Origin: Takakia lepidozioides
Lineage: Eukaryota > Plantae > Bryophyta
DNA length: 64,000 bases
Direction: 5' to 3'
NCBI GenBank assembly: GCA_030704615.1
Contig: CM060731.1
Span: forward strand, 56,234,001 to 56,298,000
Notes under the pieces: model-generated
Databases searched by the model: none
Seen by the model: only the letters and a program-made list of their open reading frames with translations
Told to the model about the DNA's origin: nothing
Shown here: positions 26,232-38,119 of the stretch, piece by piece
Layout: each line of letters starts with the position of its first letter
How positions within the stretch are numbered: the stretch's first letter is position 1
Made by a program: the position numbers and the translations under genes

Positions 26232-28662
26232 CGTCGATGTCCTCTATTGTGGCCGTCACTACGTCCACCAGATGTGCGGCAGAAGACGCTCGTCAGGAGG
26301 AGTGGACTGATTCTGCCATATTCGTGTTCGACATGTCCGTGTCGGAATCCAAGAACCGCTCCTACAAGGACAAACAATGGTGAGGGACCAATGGAAAGGT
26401 CCGTAATAGAAAGACAATTGCATGAAAAATGACAGCATCATACCTCCCGCATGTACCGTCCGAACTGTCGATACCGGAAATGCCACCACCCCAACCAGCT
26501 GTGCAAGGCTCCTAGATTGGTTGTCTCCACTGCACCTGACGTGTTCCACCAAGCCTCGATGAGAGCAAACTTAACCTCTGTGTCATCAAATGTGGGTGCA
26601 TCCTTCCACGCCGTACAAAGGACATGGTGTTCAGCCTAGAATGAGCTAGCAACAAATTTGGTAGTGTAGTGAGATAGACTCTGCATCCAATGGAATCCAC
26701 ATGATCTCTCTTTCCCCTCCATTGGAACATTGGGGTCCTCACCGTACACACGCCGCACCGCTGCCCAGTTGGCCTGAGCGTTGTCTGCCATGAATCCCCT
26801 GAAATTGGGCTCTGCCAATCCCGCCCTTGCCATCTGCTCGTTTATGCCCTCCCACAGATGCATCTCCGCCTGTGTGTCCTCCCCTTTCATCTCGCAGATT
26901 GCAATCGTCATGAGCCTCTTGGAGTGATAGTCATAAACATGCGCACCCATAGTCACCCACTGATGGTTTGTAATTCGCTTGATGTGATCAAACATCACCC
27001 AAGCATTCGACAAATTTCCAGTTGTCATGCGAGTGACCAAGTCGACTCCACTCCCAGGCCCACACGTCGACATTTTAAAAATGTAACAACGATCGGATTC
27101 GCTGCCTTGCCCTGGAAACCTGCTACCTTGGATGTAGTCATATCCAGTCATTTGTTTCACCTCCAGGATTGAGTGTCCGACCCCCGGCCGAACTCCTGCT
27201 TGCAAGATACGATGTGATTCCGCACATTCGGACTACAAACGTGCGAGACGGACTCCAACAGGTCAAGCATCTCCTCTTCGTTCAAGGGCACTCGGTCTAA
27301 ACCATCTTCAGACATGATTTTGCCAAGAGCAATCTTGTGGGCTGCCTTCAACTGAATCTGCTTTGGTCTGGCTCCGGGGCTCAATTTCACCTCCTCTTTT
27401 ATGATGTCGTGTGCTTCCTGCACAGCCTCACGCATGTTGCCTCTCGCCAAGGGGTGGCAGTGGACCCCAACGTGTATGCAAGCTCTAGTCAAGTCCGGGA
27501 GCAAATGGATTACGTAATATTGCTTGGCTCTGCACATGGACATGCACGTCGGTGGTTCTTTGCAATGTGCGCACTTGAAAGTACCCGCAGGAGCTTGGCT
27601 GGAGACAATGAATGGATGATGGGTTGTGTCAGTCCAATCCGTCTCGTTTCTCCGCCCTCCTTTGGAGAGAAAGTGGAAGCAGGCGGGATTGAGGCACCTC
27701 AGCTTCCCCGCACAGAGGACGTATCGTACACGAACAGCAATTTTGGTGCTACTGGTCTTCGTCACACACCAGGGGTGTCCGTCATGCTTTCGATCCATGT
27801 CTGTTAACATCCCTGAGGCTTTGTTTGACGCAGTAACAGGTGGAAACTCGAAGATGACATTGCCATCGACTTCAGGAGGCAGATACGTTACCTTCCTGAC
27901 TGGAAATTTGGCATAGTCAAGAGCAGCCAGCTCGGAGCGAGAACCATCGAGGTGATGTTGCCGTAGGAGCTGCACAATGGACCGGGTTGGAGTTATGCTC
28001 GAGGGTACATGCGTAGCACCTGCAGAGACGTCCATGTCGGATTTGAACGACCGTGTGGAGGACATGGGGACCTCAATGCACTCATCTTCCTCATCGGAAA
28101 TGTCGAATACGTCCACACGAGAAGCTATGGAGGGTCTTGACGGTCCAGGTTGGGAATGATTATCGTTGCATACCTCTCTGTTGGCAGTGGCCGCCTGTCG
28201 GTTTCCCGACTCCTTTGTGGATGGTGTGGGCAACAACTGATTCGGAAAGGGAATGGGCATTCCCACAGCTCAGTACAGGATGGTGTCTGATGGGGGTACG
28301 TGCCATTCGATTCCGCAACCTCCGTCGTTACCTAGCACGACAATGGTCTCGTCAACCTGTCCAGGAACATCCTTCCTTTCTTCTTCCAAGTAAACTGTGC
28401 CCGGTTTGAGCTTGAATTTGGAACAAAGGTAAGTTTCAGTCACTTTGCAAAGTCCTCCCTCGTTTGGGATCCAGGCTCTCCCACGTTGCGGAGGACAGCA
28501 AACTATAGCGTAGGAATTCGGAGCCATCGAACACCGCACAAAGTTGGCAAGTGCGAGGTTCAGTATAGCGACAGACCAAGGCTCATAGACACCATCTAAG
28601 TGGATCTGCGGAGTCCATCGACGATTGGAAGTCGCACATTGAAGTGGAAAATATTGTTTCAA
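26232..28662 (-). pseudogene. Mutator-like (MULE) DDE transposase with an N-terminal GCM/WRKY-like zinc finger
   Basis: DGHPW..CAGKLRCLNPAC..CAHC..C..HVGVHCHP; WVMFDH, FMADNA, CGFHW (CxxH), and TNMAESVH after a GT-AG intron at ~26363-26443; frameshift and stops; 3' end cut by a LINE. Confidence 0.8.
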
Positions 28663-28919
28663 GCTACATGCATGAAGGTGGGAGGTGTGATTCCATATCC
28701 ACTAAGTATGACAATGATGGCCGATTCGGCGACGAAATAACATCTCCTGACAGTTTCTCCTGAGGGTGGATCAACCAGTATTCGCGGTACAGACATGAAC
28801 GTTCGCATTGACAAGTGCCAGGACTGTTAGTTAAAACGGTTAGACAACCAAGTTGTGCTCATTAAGACAGGCCGCAATTGTGTTGTTTCGGAACAATGCA
28901 ACCCATTGCACATGGCTGA

Positions 28920-31420
28920 ATGGGAATGCGGTCCCGCATCTCAGTGCGACATTATCCATTCGTTGATTGTGATCGGAAGTGCGGCACCGCATTTCCGTCA
29001 ACAGAGAAACCAAAATACTGGTGCAACGGAAATGCGGTACCACATTTCAGTCCACTGTAAAAGCAGACCCATGGTGGAACGGAAATGCGGTATCGCATTT
29101 AGGTCCAACGGGACTAGGAACACATGGTAGAAAATAATTGCAACAACGCATTTTCATCGACTGGGACACTTTGGATAGGCAGGAACGGAAATGTTCTGCC
29201 GAATTTCCGTCCAGTCTCTTTCAATGGAATCCAATGGACGGAAATGAGGTTCCGCATTTCCGTCCGGTGTGCTACTTTCGATTGCTGTTGGACGGAAATA
29301 CGACGCCGCATTTCCATTTTGCATCTTAGTCATGCACCAGTGCGACGGAAATGCGGCACCGCATTTCCATTTTGCATCTTAGTCATGCACCAGTGCGACG
29401 GAAATGCGGCACCGCATTTCCGTCCGGGGGAAACCTTTATACTCTCCAGAACGGAAATGCGGTGCCGCATTTCCGTCCAACAAGTACGGTATATGACAGT
29501 GGAACGGAAATGCGGTACCGCATTTCCGTTCTGATTGAAAATCATGAACCACTGGAACTGAAATGCGGCACGGCATTTCCGTCCGAGTCGCACCTTCCGA
29601 CATTCCACAATGGGAATGCGGCGCCGCATTTCCGTTTTGTATCTCAGGCATAGAGCTGTGGGACAGAAATGCGGCACGGCATTTCCGTCCGAGTCGCACC
29701 TTCCGACATTCCACAATGGGAATGCGGCGCCGCATTTCCGTTTTGTATCTCAGGCATGGAGCTGTGGGACAGAAATGCGGCACCGCATTTCCGTCCGGGG
29801 GAGACCTTCATACTCTCCAGAACGGAGATGCGGTACCGCATTTCCGTCCCACAGCGAAAATCGTGAACCACCGGAACTGAAATGCAGCACCGCATTTCCG
29901 TCCGAGTACACCTTCCGACATTCCAGAACGGAAATGCGGCGCCACATTTCCGTTTTTTATCTCAGGCATGGAGCTGTGGGACGGAAATGCGGCTCCACAT
30001 TTCCGTCCGGGAGATACCTTCATACTCTCCAGAAGAAAATGCAGTACCGCATTTCCCTTCTGTCTAAAGATCGTGAACCACCGGAACTGAAATGCGGCAC
30101 CGCATTTCCGTCTGAGTCGCACCTTCCGACATTCCAGAATGGAAATGCGGCGCCACATTTCCGTTTTCTATCTCAAGCATGGAGCTGTGGGACGGAAATG
30201 CGGCTCCGCATTTCCGTCCGGGGGAAAACCTTCATACTCTCCAGAAAGGAAATGCGGTACCGCATTTCCGTTCTGTTTGAAAATCGTGAACCACCGGAAC
30301 TGAAATGCGGCACCGCATTTCCGTCCGAGTTGCACCTTCCAACATTCCGGAACGGAAATGCGGCGCCGCATTTCCGTTTTCTATCTCAGGCGTGGAGCTG
30401 TGGGACGGAAATGCGGCACCGCATTTCCGTCCGAGTCGCAGCTTCCGACATTTCAGAACGGAAACGTGGCGCCGCATTTTCATTTTCTATCTTTGGCATG
30501 GAGCTGTGGGATGGAAATGCGGCACCGCATTTTTGTCCAGGGGAGACCTCCATACTCTCCAGAACGGAAATGTTGTACCGCATTTCCCTCCCACAACGAA
30601 AATCGTGAACCACCGAAACTGAAATGCGGCACCGCATTTCCGTCCGAGTCGCACCTTCCGACATTCCAGAACGGAAATGCGGCGCCGCATTTCCGTTTTC
30701 TATCTCAGGCATGGAGATGTAGGACGGAAATGGGGCTCCGCATTTTCGTCTGGGGGAGACCTTCATACTCTCCAGAAGGGAAATGCGGTACCGCATTTCT
30801 GTTCTGACTGAAAATCGTGAACCACCGGAACTAAAATGCGGCACCGTATTTCCATCCGAGTTGCACCTTCCGACATCCAGAACGGAAATATGGCGCCGCA
30901 TTTCCGTTTTCTATCTCAGGCATTGAGCTGTGGGTCGGAAATGCAGCACCGCATTTCCGTCCGGGGGAGACCTTCATACTTTCCAGAACGGAAATGCGGT
31001 ACCACATTTTCGTCCCACAGCGAAAATCGTGAACCACCGGAACTGAAATGCAGCACCGCATTTCCGTCCGAGTCGCACCTTCCGACATTCCAGATCGGAA
31101 ATGCGGCGCCGCATTTCCGTTTTCTATCTCAGGCATGGAGCTATGGGACGGAAATGTGGTGCCGCATTTCCGTCCGTGGGAGACCTTCATACTCTCTAGA
31201 ACGGAAATGCGGCACCGCATTTCCGTTCAACAACTAAGGTGTGTGAAGGTGGAACGGAAATGCGGCGCCGCATTTTCGCCCATCAAGTACGGTATGTGTA
31301 GCTTCGGGATGGTACTTAACGGAAATGCGGCGCCGCATTTGTGTTTTCACTCTAACTCATCAGACGCTGTTACGGAAATGATATGTGAACTCGTGGACCA
31401 ACGGAATTGCGGCACATGTC
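28920..31420. repeat. Array of about 45 palindromes GGAAATGCGGYRCCGCATTTCC with a 53-bp period
   Basis: Copies at 29240, 29294, 29347, 29400, 29453, 29506 ... 31203, 31256; 31-bp spacers; 4-spacer (212-bp) higher-order repeat in the centre. Confidence 0.97.
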
Positions 31421-31689
31421 TGCACTCTATCTGACTGAAGTGGCAGGAGGCGGCTCAGCCTGACCGTTGGTTAATGATGTTTGTTTTTCGGACGGCAGGC
31501 GTACACTTGACGATTCAAAATTCTTAATGACGCATAGTCCACGAGGAGACACTTTCGTCCCAGCCTTTCGAACCCAAGTGGTGCATCGCCACCGTTTCAT
31601 CTTCTTTTGTCGTGTCTACTCAGTCACCCCTCTCGCGCCCTTTCCATCTGCACTCTTCGCCCCTTTTCCCTGTCTTTGTTCTTCTTATG

Positions 31690-33830
31690 CTCGAACCTGA
31701 GAGGGAGGGAGTTCGTGCATCAGAGAAGAGACATCGTCGCATGCTCCGAAAATTGTACTTCGGACGTAGGCCAATGCCGAAGGGGAGGAAGCAGATGCGT
31801 CTACAGGAGGAGATTGACATCTCGCAGCAGCAGGCCATGCAGGCAACCTAGCCACCAGTGAGAGCTCCGTGCTATCGGGATGCGCGCAGCTGATCGAGCA
31901 CCGAATCCCCCATCATTTTTCTTCTGCAATTCTTAGACTGTATGCTAGGAGACTTGAATGCAGAAGATGTTTGCATGCCTAACCGGAAAGGTGGACGTGC
32001 TGGAGGGATCGCAGGATTCCGAAGAGCCGCAGGAAGAGTCCGTGGAGCTAGCTGCAGCACGCACACCCAGCCGATCCACAAGCACGGGTCTTCCTGCCGG
32101 GCCTAGCCCTGTGCATTTCAAGGACACGGCTTCAAAAGGCAAGTCTTTGCAGTTCAAAACCCCAGAGAGCGATTCGCGTTCGAAGGTCATGGAGAATCGG
32201 CAGCAGGGGTTGGACCCTTCTCCAGCAAAGACGAAGAAGAAGCAGCCCGTCCTTCAACTGGTTTCTGAACCGGACCAGGCCGTTGCCCCCCCCCCCCCCC
32301 CCCACCCAGGCGAATGAAGCAGAAGGGTACAGGGCAAATTCAATTGCAGCAGACATCTTCACCTGCAAGAATGAGGAAGCACAAGGCAATCAGGGGGAGG
32401 GCGGAGCAGTCTTCCGCAAAACCGATTCCTCAAGCTGAAGCCCAGTTCCTGCTTGATTTCCAGCCTGGTGATGTTGGGGGCGTCTCTGCTGCAGCGAAGG
32501 CAATGGGATCGACCGATTTCGTCGATCTGTTACCAGAGGAGGGTGCTGCCGCTCAATGTTCATAGCAAGACCTGACCACCATTGAGGAAGATCTTCATAA
32601 TACTGCAGGCCCGCAGGAGGCCTCTGCAATGGCAGAATTGCCCGCAAAGATTCTCCAGAGTTGGGGATGCTCCAACTGCTCAGCCCCTACTGCCACCTGC
32701 AGAAATGTCTCCGAAGGAATTCCAAAGTGCAGCGGATACAATGTTGGAGGAGACACATAGTAGCATTGGCAGAGTTCTGGGCAGCAGGGTATTCCAGCGG
32801 ACTCTTTGAATCCCACTCTGTTGCATGGTCTCCCTTCCCATCGTCAGACAGGCACTTCCCGGAGATGTGGATAAGCTCAAGTTTGCATTTCGAGAAGGGT
32901 ACCGTCTAGGTTCGCCAGCCTTCTACGTTTCCATTGAGAATGAGGACAGCGAAACTCGTGGACCCACTGCGGATGAATTGTCAGCATGGGATACCCACTG
33001 GCACACTCGCAACGACGAATTCGAGGCAACGCTGAAGGGTGATCCAGACTTCAGCCATATGTCGGGTAAAATGTTCTTTGTGTGGGACGGGAATCACCAA
33101 CTTCTTGCCTGGTAGGAGTACATCAAGCAGAACCATGCCAAGCATATTGGCTGGCATTACATGGTGGAGTGTGTCATCCTCAAGGTGAAGGCGGCAGACT
33201 CCTCCCTGCTCAAGAATGCCATGGCGGACCTCAACTCGTAAGATACTCATACCCTCCCAAGCACGTTCGAAATGCGGTGCCGCATTTCGGTTTCCAATCT
33301 ATTTTTTTCTATGCTTCCGTGGACTGAACTGGAGAGTGTGCCTTGCAGGGTCACTGAAAATGCGTACGTGCATACCCACATGGCACATATGCTGTACAGG
33401 GTGAGGAAAACTGGTCTCACTGATCCGCACATGTTTGCGGAAATGCTGGAGCCCGAGCTCATTCAGAAAGCCGTGGCAAAAACTGACCGACATGGTATCG
33501 TCTCACTATGGATGGAATGGTGGAGGTGATATACAAAGTAAGTCGTCCTCCCATTTCCCTCTGCTCATCCTTCCCCAATTTTCAATAATCTTTCCACATG
33601 AATCGAATGTAACGCTTCTGCATGTTTTTGTTGGCAGTCAAACATCAAGCTGGATTTGGCCCATGCCAAACGCTTCTTCATGGAAAGTGAGGGGCATGTC
33701 AAAATGTTGCAGTCATTGACTGAGCACTTGAAGGAAGCCGGGGTCAAGTCCAGAACGAAATACAAGTCAAAGCTTGTGAAGCTGGTGGCCATTGCAGATC
33801 CGGCACTTGGAAAGGACTTCATCCCCGAGA
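31690..33830 (+). pseudogene. Intron-containing gene with a ParB/Srx-like domain
   Basis: IPLCCMVSLPIVRQAL..KLKFAFREGY..FYVS..FFVWDGNHQLLAW (DGxHR-type motif with R>Q); GT-AG introns at ~33238-33348 and ~33538-33637; stops. Confidence 0.6.
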
Positions 33831-34690
33831 TTGCAAAACCAGGGTGTCGGAAGGCTCTTCGGCAGCCGCCTTCTTCAGTGCTCTGCCCTTCAGACCCTCC
33901 ATGGTCTTCATGTATGCCAACTTGGCTGCCCGTCCATCCAAAGCCACCAAGAAACTCTCATTTACACACTGGACTACTGTATCGGGGTCCACTTTTTCCA
34001 CCGGCTCGAAAGGGTGCCCCCTCGGGGGGTTGAAGAGTGCCTTCTTTGCCGAGCCTGTTCTCGTCCCTCTCGTGACAACGGTGGGCACAGGGGATTTCGG
34101 CTGCGTTTCGGGGGGTGGGCTGGTTGCAAAGTCTCCATCGGAGTCCTCTTCGTCACCCTCTTCCTGCTCTATCTGTTTATGCTTCTTCGTTTTCTTGGGT
34201 GTCACAACTGCTGCTCCTTGCTGGCGAGTCCTCTTCTTCGACCCCTTCTGTTGAGCCTGCACAGCTGCATCCACCGTCTTCTGTGCCATCTTAGCTGCCT
34301 TTCTGGATTGTTCCAGAGCAGCAGCTTCCTTTGCCGACTCTGGCCTAGCAGGGACACGTCTTTCCTTTCTCTTCTCTTCTGCTTTCGCGTGCAGATCTTT
34401 CTCAGACTCGTCAACAATTCCGCCAGACATGTCCAGGTACCACGGACATCTAACGAGATGCGCGGCATGCCATTGTTTTTGCATCTCCGGTGTGTAGACA
34501 CAGCTTGGGCCCGCCACGGTCCAAGCCATGAAGAACGGGGGCTCTTGAGCCAGGGCCCCTGTCTGAAGAAGCACGTATTTCATATACCTGCAGGGCAGTC
34601 AGCATGCGTGAGCAAAAGTTGAGACCAACATACTCGCAGAGTGCAACCGAAAACATAAAATGTGACTGCGGTGCCGCATTTCCCAGACAA
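33820..34690 (-). pseudogene. Inverted coding segment, probably downstream exons of the ParB-like gene
   Basis: 254-aa ORF (FFMAW..WHAAHLVRCPWY, then K/E-rich) abutting the break in the + gene; its intron carries the same palindrome at ~34667. Confidence 0.5.
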
Positions 34691-34797
34691 ACCTCATAAT
34701 CAAGCTTCGCATACAAGGGCAACTGGGCTTCACCTGCAGGTGAGCACACGATGTCTTCAGAAAGTAAGCAAGGGGCATCGGGCTGGGCATGGTGTAG

Positions 34798-35335
34798 GTC
34801 CAGCGATTTGGAGAGCTACACAAGGCTGAGGTGGCAATGGAGTGGGGGTGCACTGTGCATGATGTTGATGCCATACTGGCAAAGTACGAGTGGGCAAAGG
34901 AGGCAAACAGGCGTGTGATGAAGCTTAAGGAGGAAGGCAAGCCGCTTCCCAAGTCTCTTGACGAGGTTAGTCTCCCGTGTTTGCTGCCTAAGAGCTCTTG
35001 TATGTTTTTGTTATGCTCTGGCAGCTGCATTCTCTTATCAAAAGCTCTCCTCACGTTGTCTCACCAATGGCTTTCCACTGTTTGCCTGTTTCCTACCATC
35101 TTTTAATACCTTGAATGATGAAATATATTTGTCCCTGTACCTTGAATATAAGGTGGCCATAGTTGGGAGATGAAGGGTCTTGCCTAAGGTTGACACCATG
35201 GATTTGTTGATTGGTGAAGGTGGAAGAGTTGATGGGGGGTCGCTGGAATGCGTGAACATCTGTGAATCTTGGAAAAAGTGGACAACTGAGTCGAAATGCT
35301 GCTTGTCCATGCGGCTCTGGAACGAAGTACAAAAG
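34798..35335 (+). pseudogene. Host gene fragment: plant SEC-C-motif protein, 3' exons
   Basis: CTVHDVDAILAKYEWAKEA..LKEEGKPLPKSLDE, an intron, then GKSGQLSRNAACPCGSGTKYKR followed by GT. Confidence 0.75.
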
Positions 35336-35849
35336 GTGGGTTCTCGCTCTTTTCACAGCTCCTCTCATCTCTCTGCCCCATTCCAATGGGAGTGTCGTAA
35401 GGCGGAGAGAAGCAATGTTTCTGAATGCTTTATCTCACACTCATACTTAAACAGATGGATTTTGTGGCTAGATGAGTCAAATTTCAAACTTAAAGCAAAG
35501 CAAGTAGTACTATCAAACATGGTGTAGCCTGGCAATAAGCTGGCCCTGCGGTATCTGTGGCTTGAACACTATCTTACAAGCAAAGTATGCTCCAAATATA
35601 TTGCCTATCATTTACTAGACCATGACTGGTAAAAATCTGGGGAGTTCTGTTGCAGGTGTTGTGGGAAGTTATAAGCTTGGACTGGAAATAGGGAAGTGAT
35701 GCTGCATAAGCACGCACTTCTGAAGAGTTTGTGCTCTGTTGTGAGGTCAGGTGACCTCCTGCCGTTTTATCGTTTTGGTCACCTACTTTCACTCCAAAGG
35801 GACTTTGACAGATGCAACTGGGTCTTCACATCTTTACATCAGCACTTCC

Positions 35850-36191
35850 TCTGAGCAAATGATGTGCGAAGGCGTGAAGCCCAACTGCATAACGTTTGTT
35901 TGCATTGGCAATGCGTGTGCAAGTCTGGCAGCCCTGGAAAGGTGCAAAGAGGTGCATGGTGACATCGTCAAATCTGGAACTGTACCCGATGTCATTCTGA
36001 ACACTGTCCTGCTGGACATGTATGTCAAATGTGGGAGCAGTGAGGATGGAAAGGGAGTGTTCGACAGTATGGCTGAATGAGATGTGGTGTCGCGGAGTGC
36101 AATAATTGCAGGATATGCACAGCAAGTATGTGGGATGGAGGACTTGGAGACCTATGAGCAATTGATGTGCAAAGGGGTGAAGCCCGACCAC
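35850..36191 (+). pseudogene. PPR pseudogene, 5' part (interrupted by the hAT)
   Basis: EQMMCEGVKPNCITFVCIGNACASLAALE..MYVKCGS; ends at KPDH. Confidence 0.9.
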
Positions 36192-36397
36192 CCTAGTTAT
36201 CATTCCGTGACGTGGCACTGACACGTCGGCCGTCACGTCCGACGTGCGTCACGTCACGTCGAATTCGGACGTTTACCCACGTAATTTTTTTTACATTTGA
36301 CTTTTACGATTTACTTCTACCCTTTGTAATGACATGGCAGCTACGGTGTAAAACAGACGTGGCCAATTATTAATATTTATTAATTTTTTTTAAAAAT

Positions 36398-37035
36398 GAG
36401 TCCGCCTATATTGGCGGTCGCATATAATTTATTATTTTTAATAAAAGTGACCGCCCATATTGGCGGTCGCCCGTAATTCATTTATTTTTAAATGAAACGA
36501 CCGCCGAAATTGGCGGTCGCCCGTAATTTATTTATTTTTAAATGAAGGGACCTCCCACATTGGCGGTCGCCCGTAATTTATTTATTTTTAAAATTGGCAG
36601 TCGCCCGTAATTTATTTATTTTTAAATGAAGCGACCGCCCATATTGGCGGTCGCCCGTAAGTTATGTATTTTTAAATGAAACGACCGCCCATATTGGCGG
36701 TCGCCCGTAATTTATTTATTTATAAATGAAAGGACTGCCGAAATTGGCGGTTGCCCGTAATTTATTTATTTATAAATGAAGCGATCGCTCATATTGGCGG
36801 TCGCCCGTAATTTATTTATTTTTAAATGAAGCGACCTCCCATATTGGCGGTCGCCCGTAATTTATTTAATTTTAAATGAAGCGACCACCCAAATTGGCGG
36901 TCGCCCGTAATTTATTTATTTTAAAATGAAGCGACCGCCCATATTGGCGGTCGCCCGTAATTTATTTATTTTAAAATGAAGCGACCGCCCATATTGGCGG
37001 TCGCTTGTATTTTATTACATTTTAAAATAAGCGGT
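36398..37035. repeat. Palindrome array GCGACCGCC-n6-GGCGGTCGC with a 50-bp period
   Basis: Copies at 36449, 36499, 36549, 36633 ... 36983, with AT-rich linkers. Confidence 0.95.
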
Positions 37036-37359
37036 CGAGTGTTTTTTTTTTCTTAGAAATCCAGGGACCCGCTGTGTGGCGTTTTGTTTTTTATTTTTAA
37101 TCATGAAGCGGCGCCTCGGCCAGCCACGGGTCAGGAAAAACGAAACAAATGGGATGGGGGGAGGTGGTTTTGAACCCTTGACCTCTCCCATGTGGGTGCG
37201 CGTGGCGAGGTGCGACTGGCTAGTCGCGCCTTTTCAAGCATAATGCCTACGAAGATACCATCCACACGCATTCATTGCTATTTTTCTGAGGTTTTGGACC
37301 CTATAGTGGGCAAAGGTTTATACAATGTCGGGGGTTGTGAGTTCAAGTTTTGGGGCGGG

Positions 37360-38035
37360 ATCCTTTGTTCCAAAATCACCCTGTTGTCTGAATCGTTGCC
37401 CCATTTTCTGTCAAGGTTCATCATGTCGTGTATTGTCTCCCCATTCCACCAGGGAGCGGAAGCAGAGTTCCAGGAATGCGATTGCTTGCTTCGTTTCCGG
37501 AAAGTGCGCAGTAAACTTGCATGGGCACTGGTGTGCATCATGGATGCTGTCCACAAGAACGGTGTCTTGTATAACGATTTGTCCCCCGACAATATCTTGT
37601 TACATTTTCCAGATGACACCGAGGGGATCAAGATTGGGGTGTGTGATTGGGGCTTAGCCACCCCATTGGGCATACGCAAAGTCTCGCCGTACCAGTTTGA
37701 AAATCAAGACAAGCTAGATCAGGAACTCGCGAAAAGATGGTGGGTGGAAAAATATATTGCATCGGTTTTCAATGCGAATGTCACGCCCTCCCCCCCCCCC
37801 CTCCAGGACATGACGTCGGAGGCCTTTGCCGTTGGGAAGATAGCGGTACGAATAAATGACCGCGTTCATTATGATCAAAGTATATTCCATGATCAATTTA
37901 CGGGAGGTTGTTGGCATTCAATGCTACAAAGGTTGTACGACAACAACAAGAATGAGATAGTCACATTAGCCCATGTAGTACTTCGGTTCATGGGCAACAT
38001 TCAATTGGCCTGAGCCGAAAGACGTATATAGGACG
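37360..38035 (+). pseudogene. Protein kinase C-lobe (TE cargo); N-lobe lost
   Basis: VHKNGVLYNDLSPDNILLHF..IGVCDWGLA..RWWV..SEAFAVG. Confidence 0.85.
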
Positions 38036-38119
38036 GAGTAGACCATAGTCTCGTAGATATGACATTTCTAGCGGTATAATGGTTCTTTTATGAAGACATA
38101 ACTCAATTTTGATCGTGCA

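Noticed and set aside
28920-31420. Bona fide CRISPR array
   Set aside because: No cas genes, eukaryotic TE context, and the central spacers are reiterated in a 4-mer; kept only as a CRISPR-like architecture
28840-31434. Numerous ORFs on both strands over the array
   Set aside because: Artefacts of a stop-poor palindromic repeat
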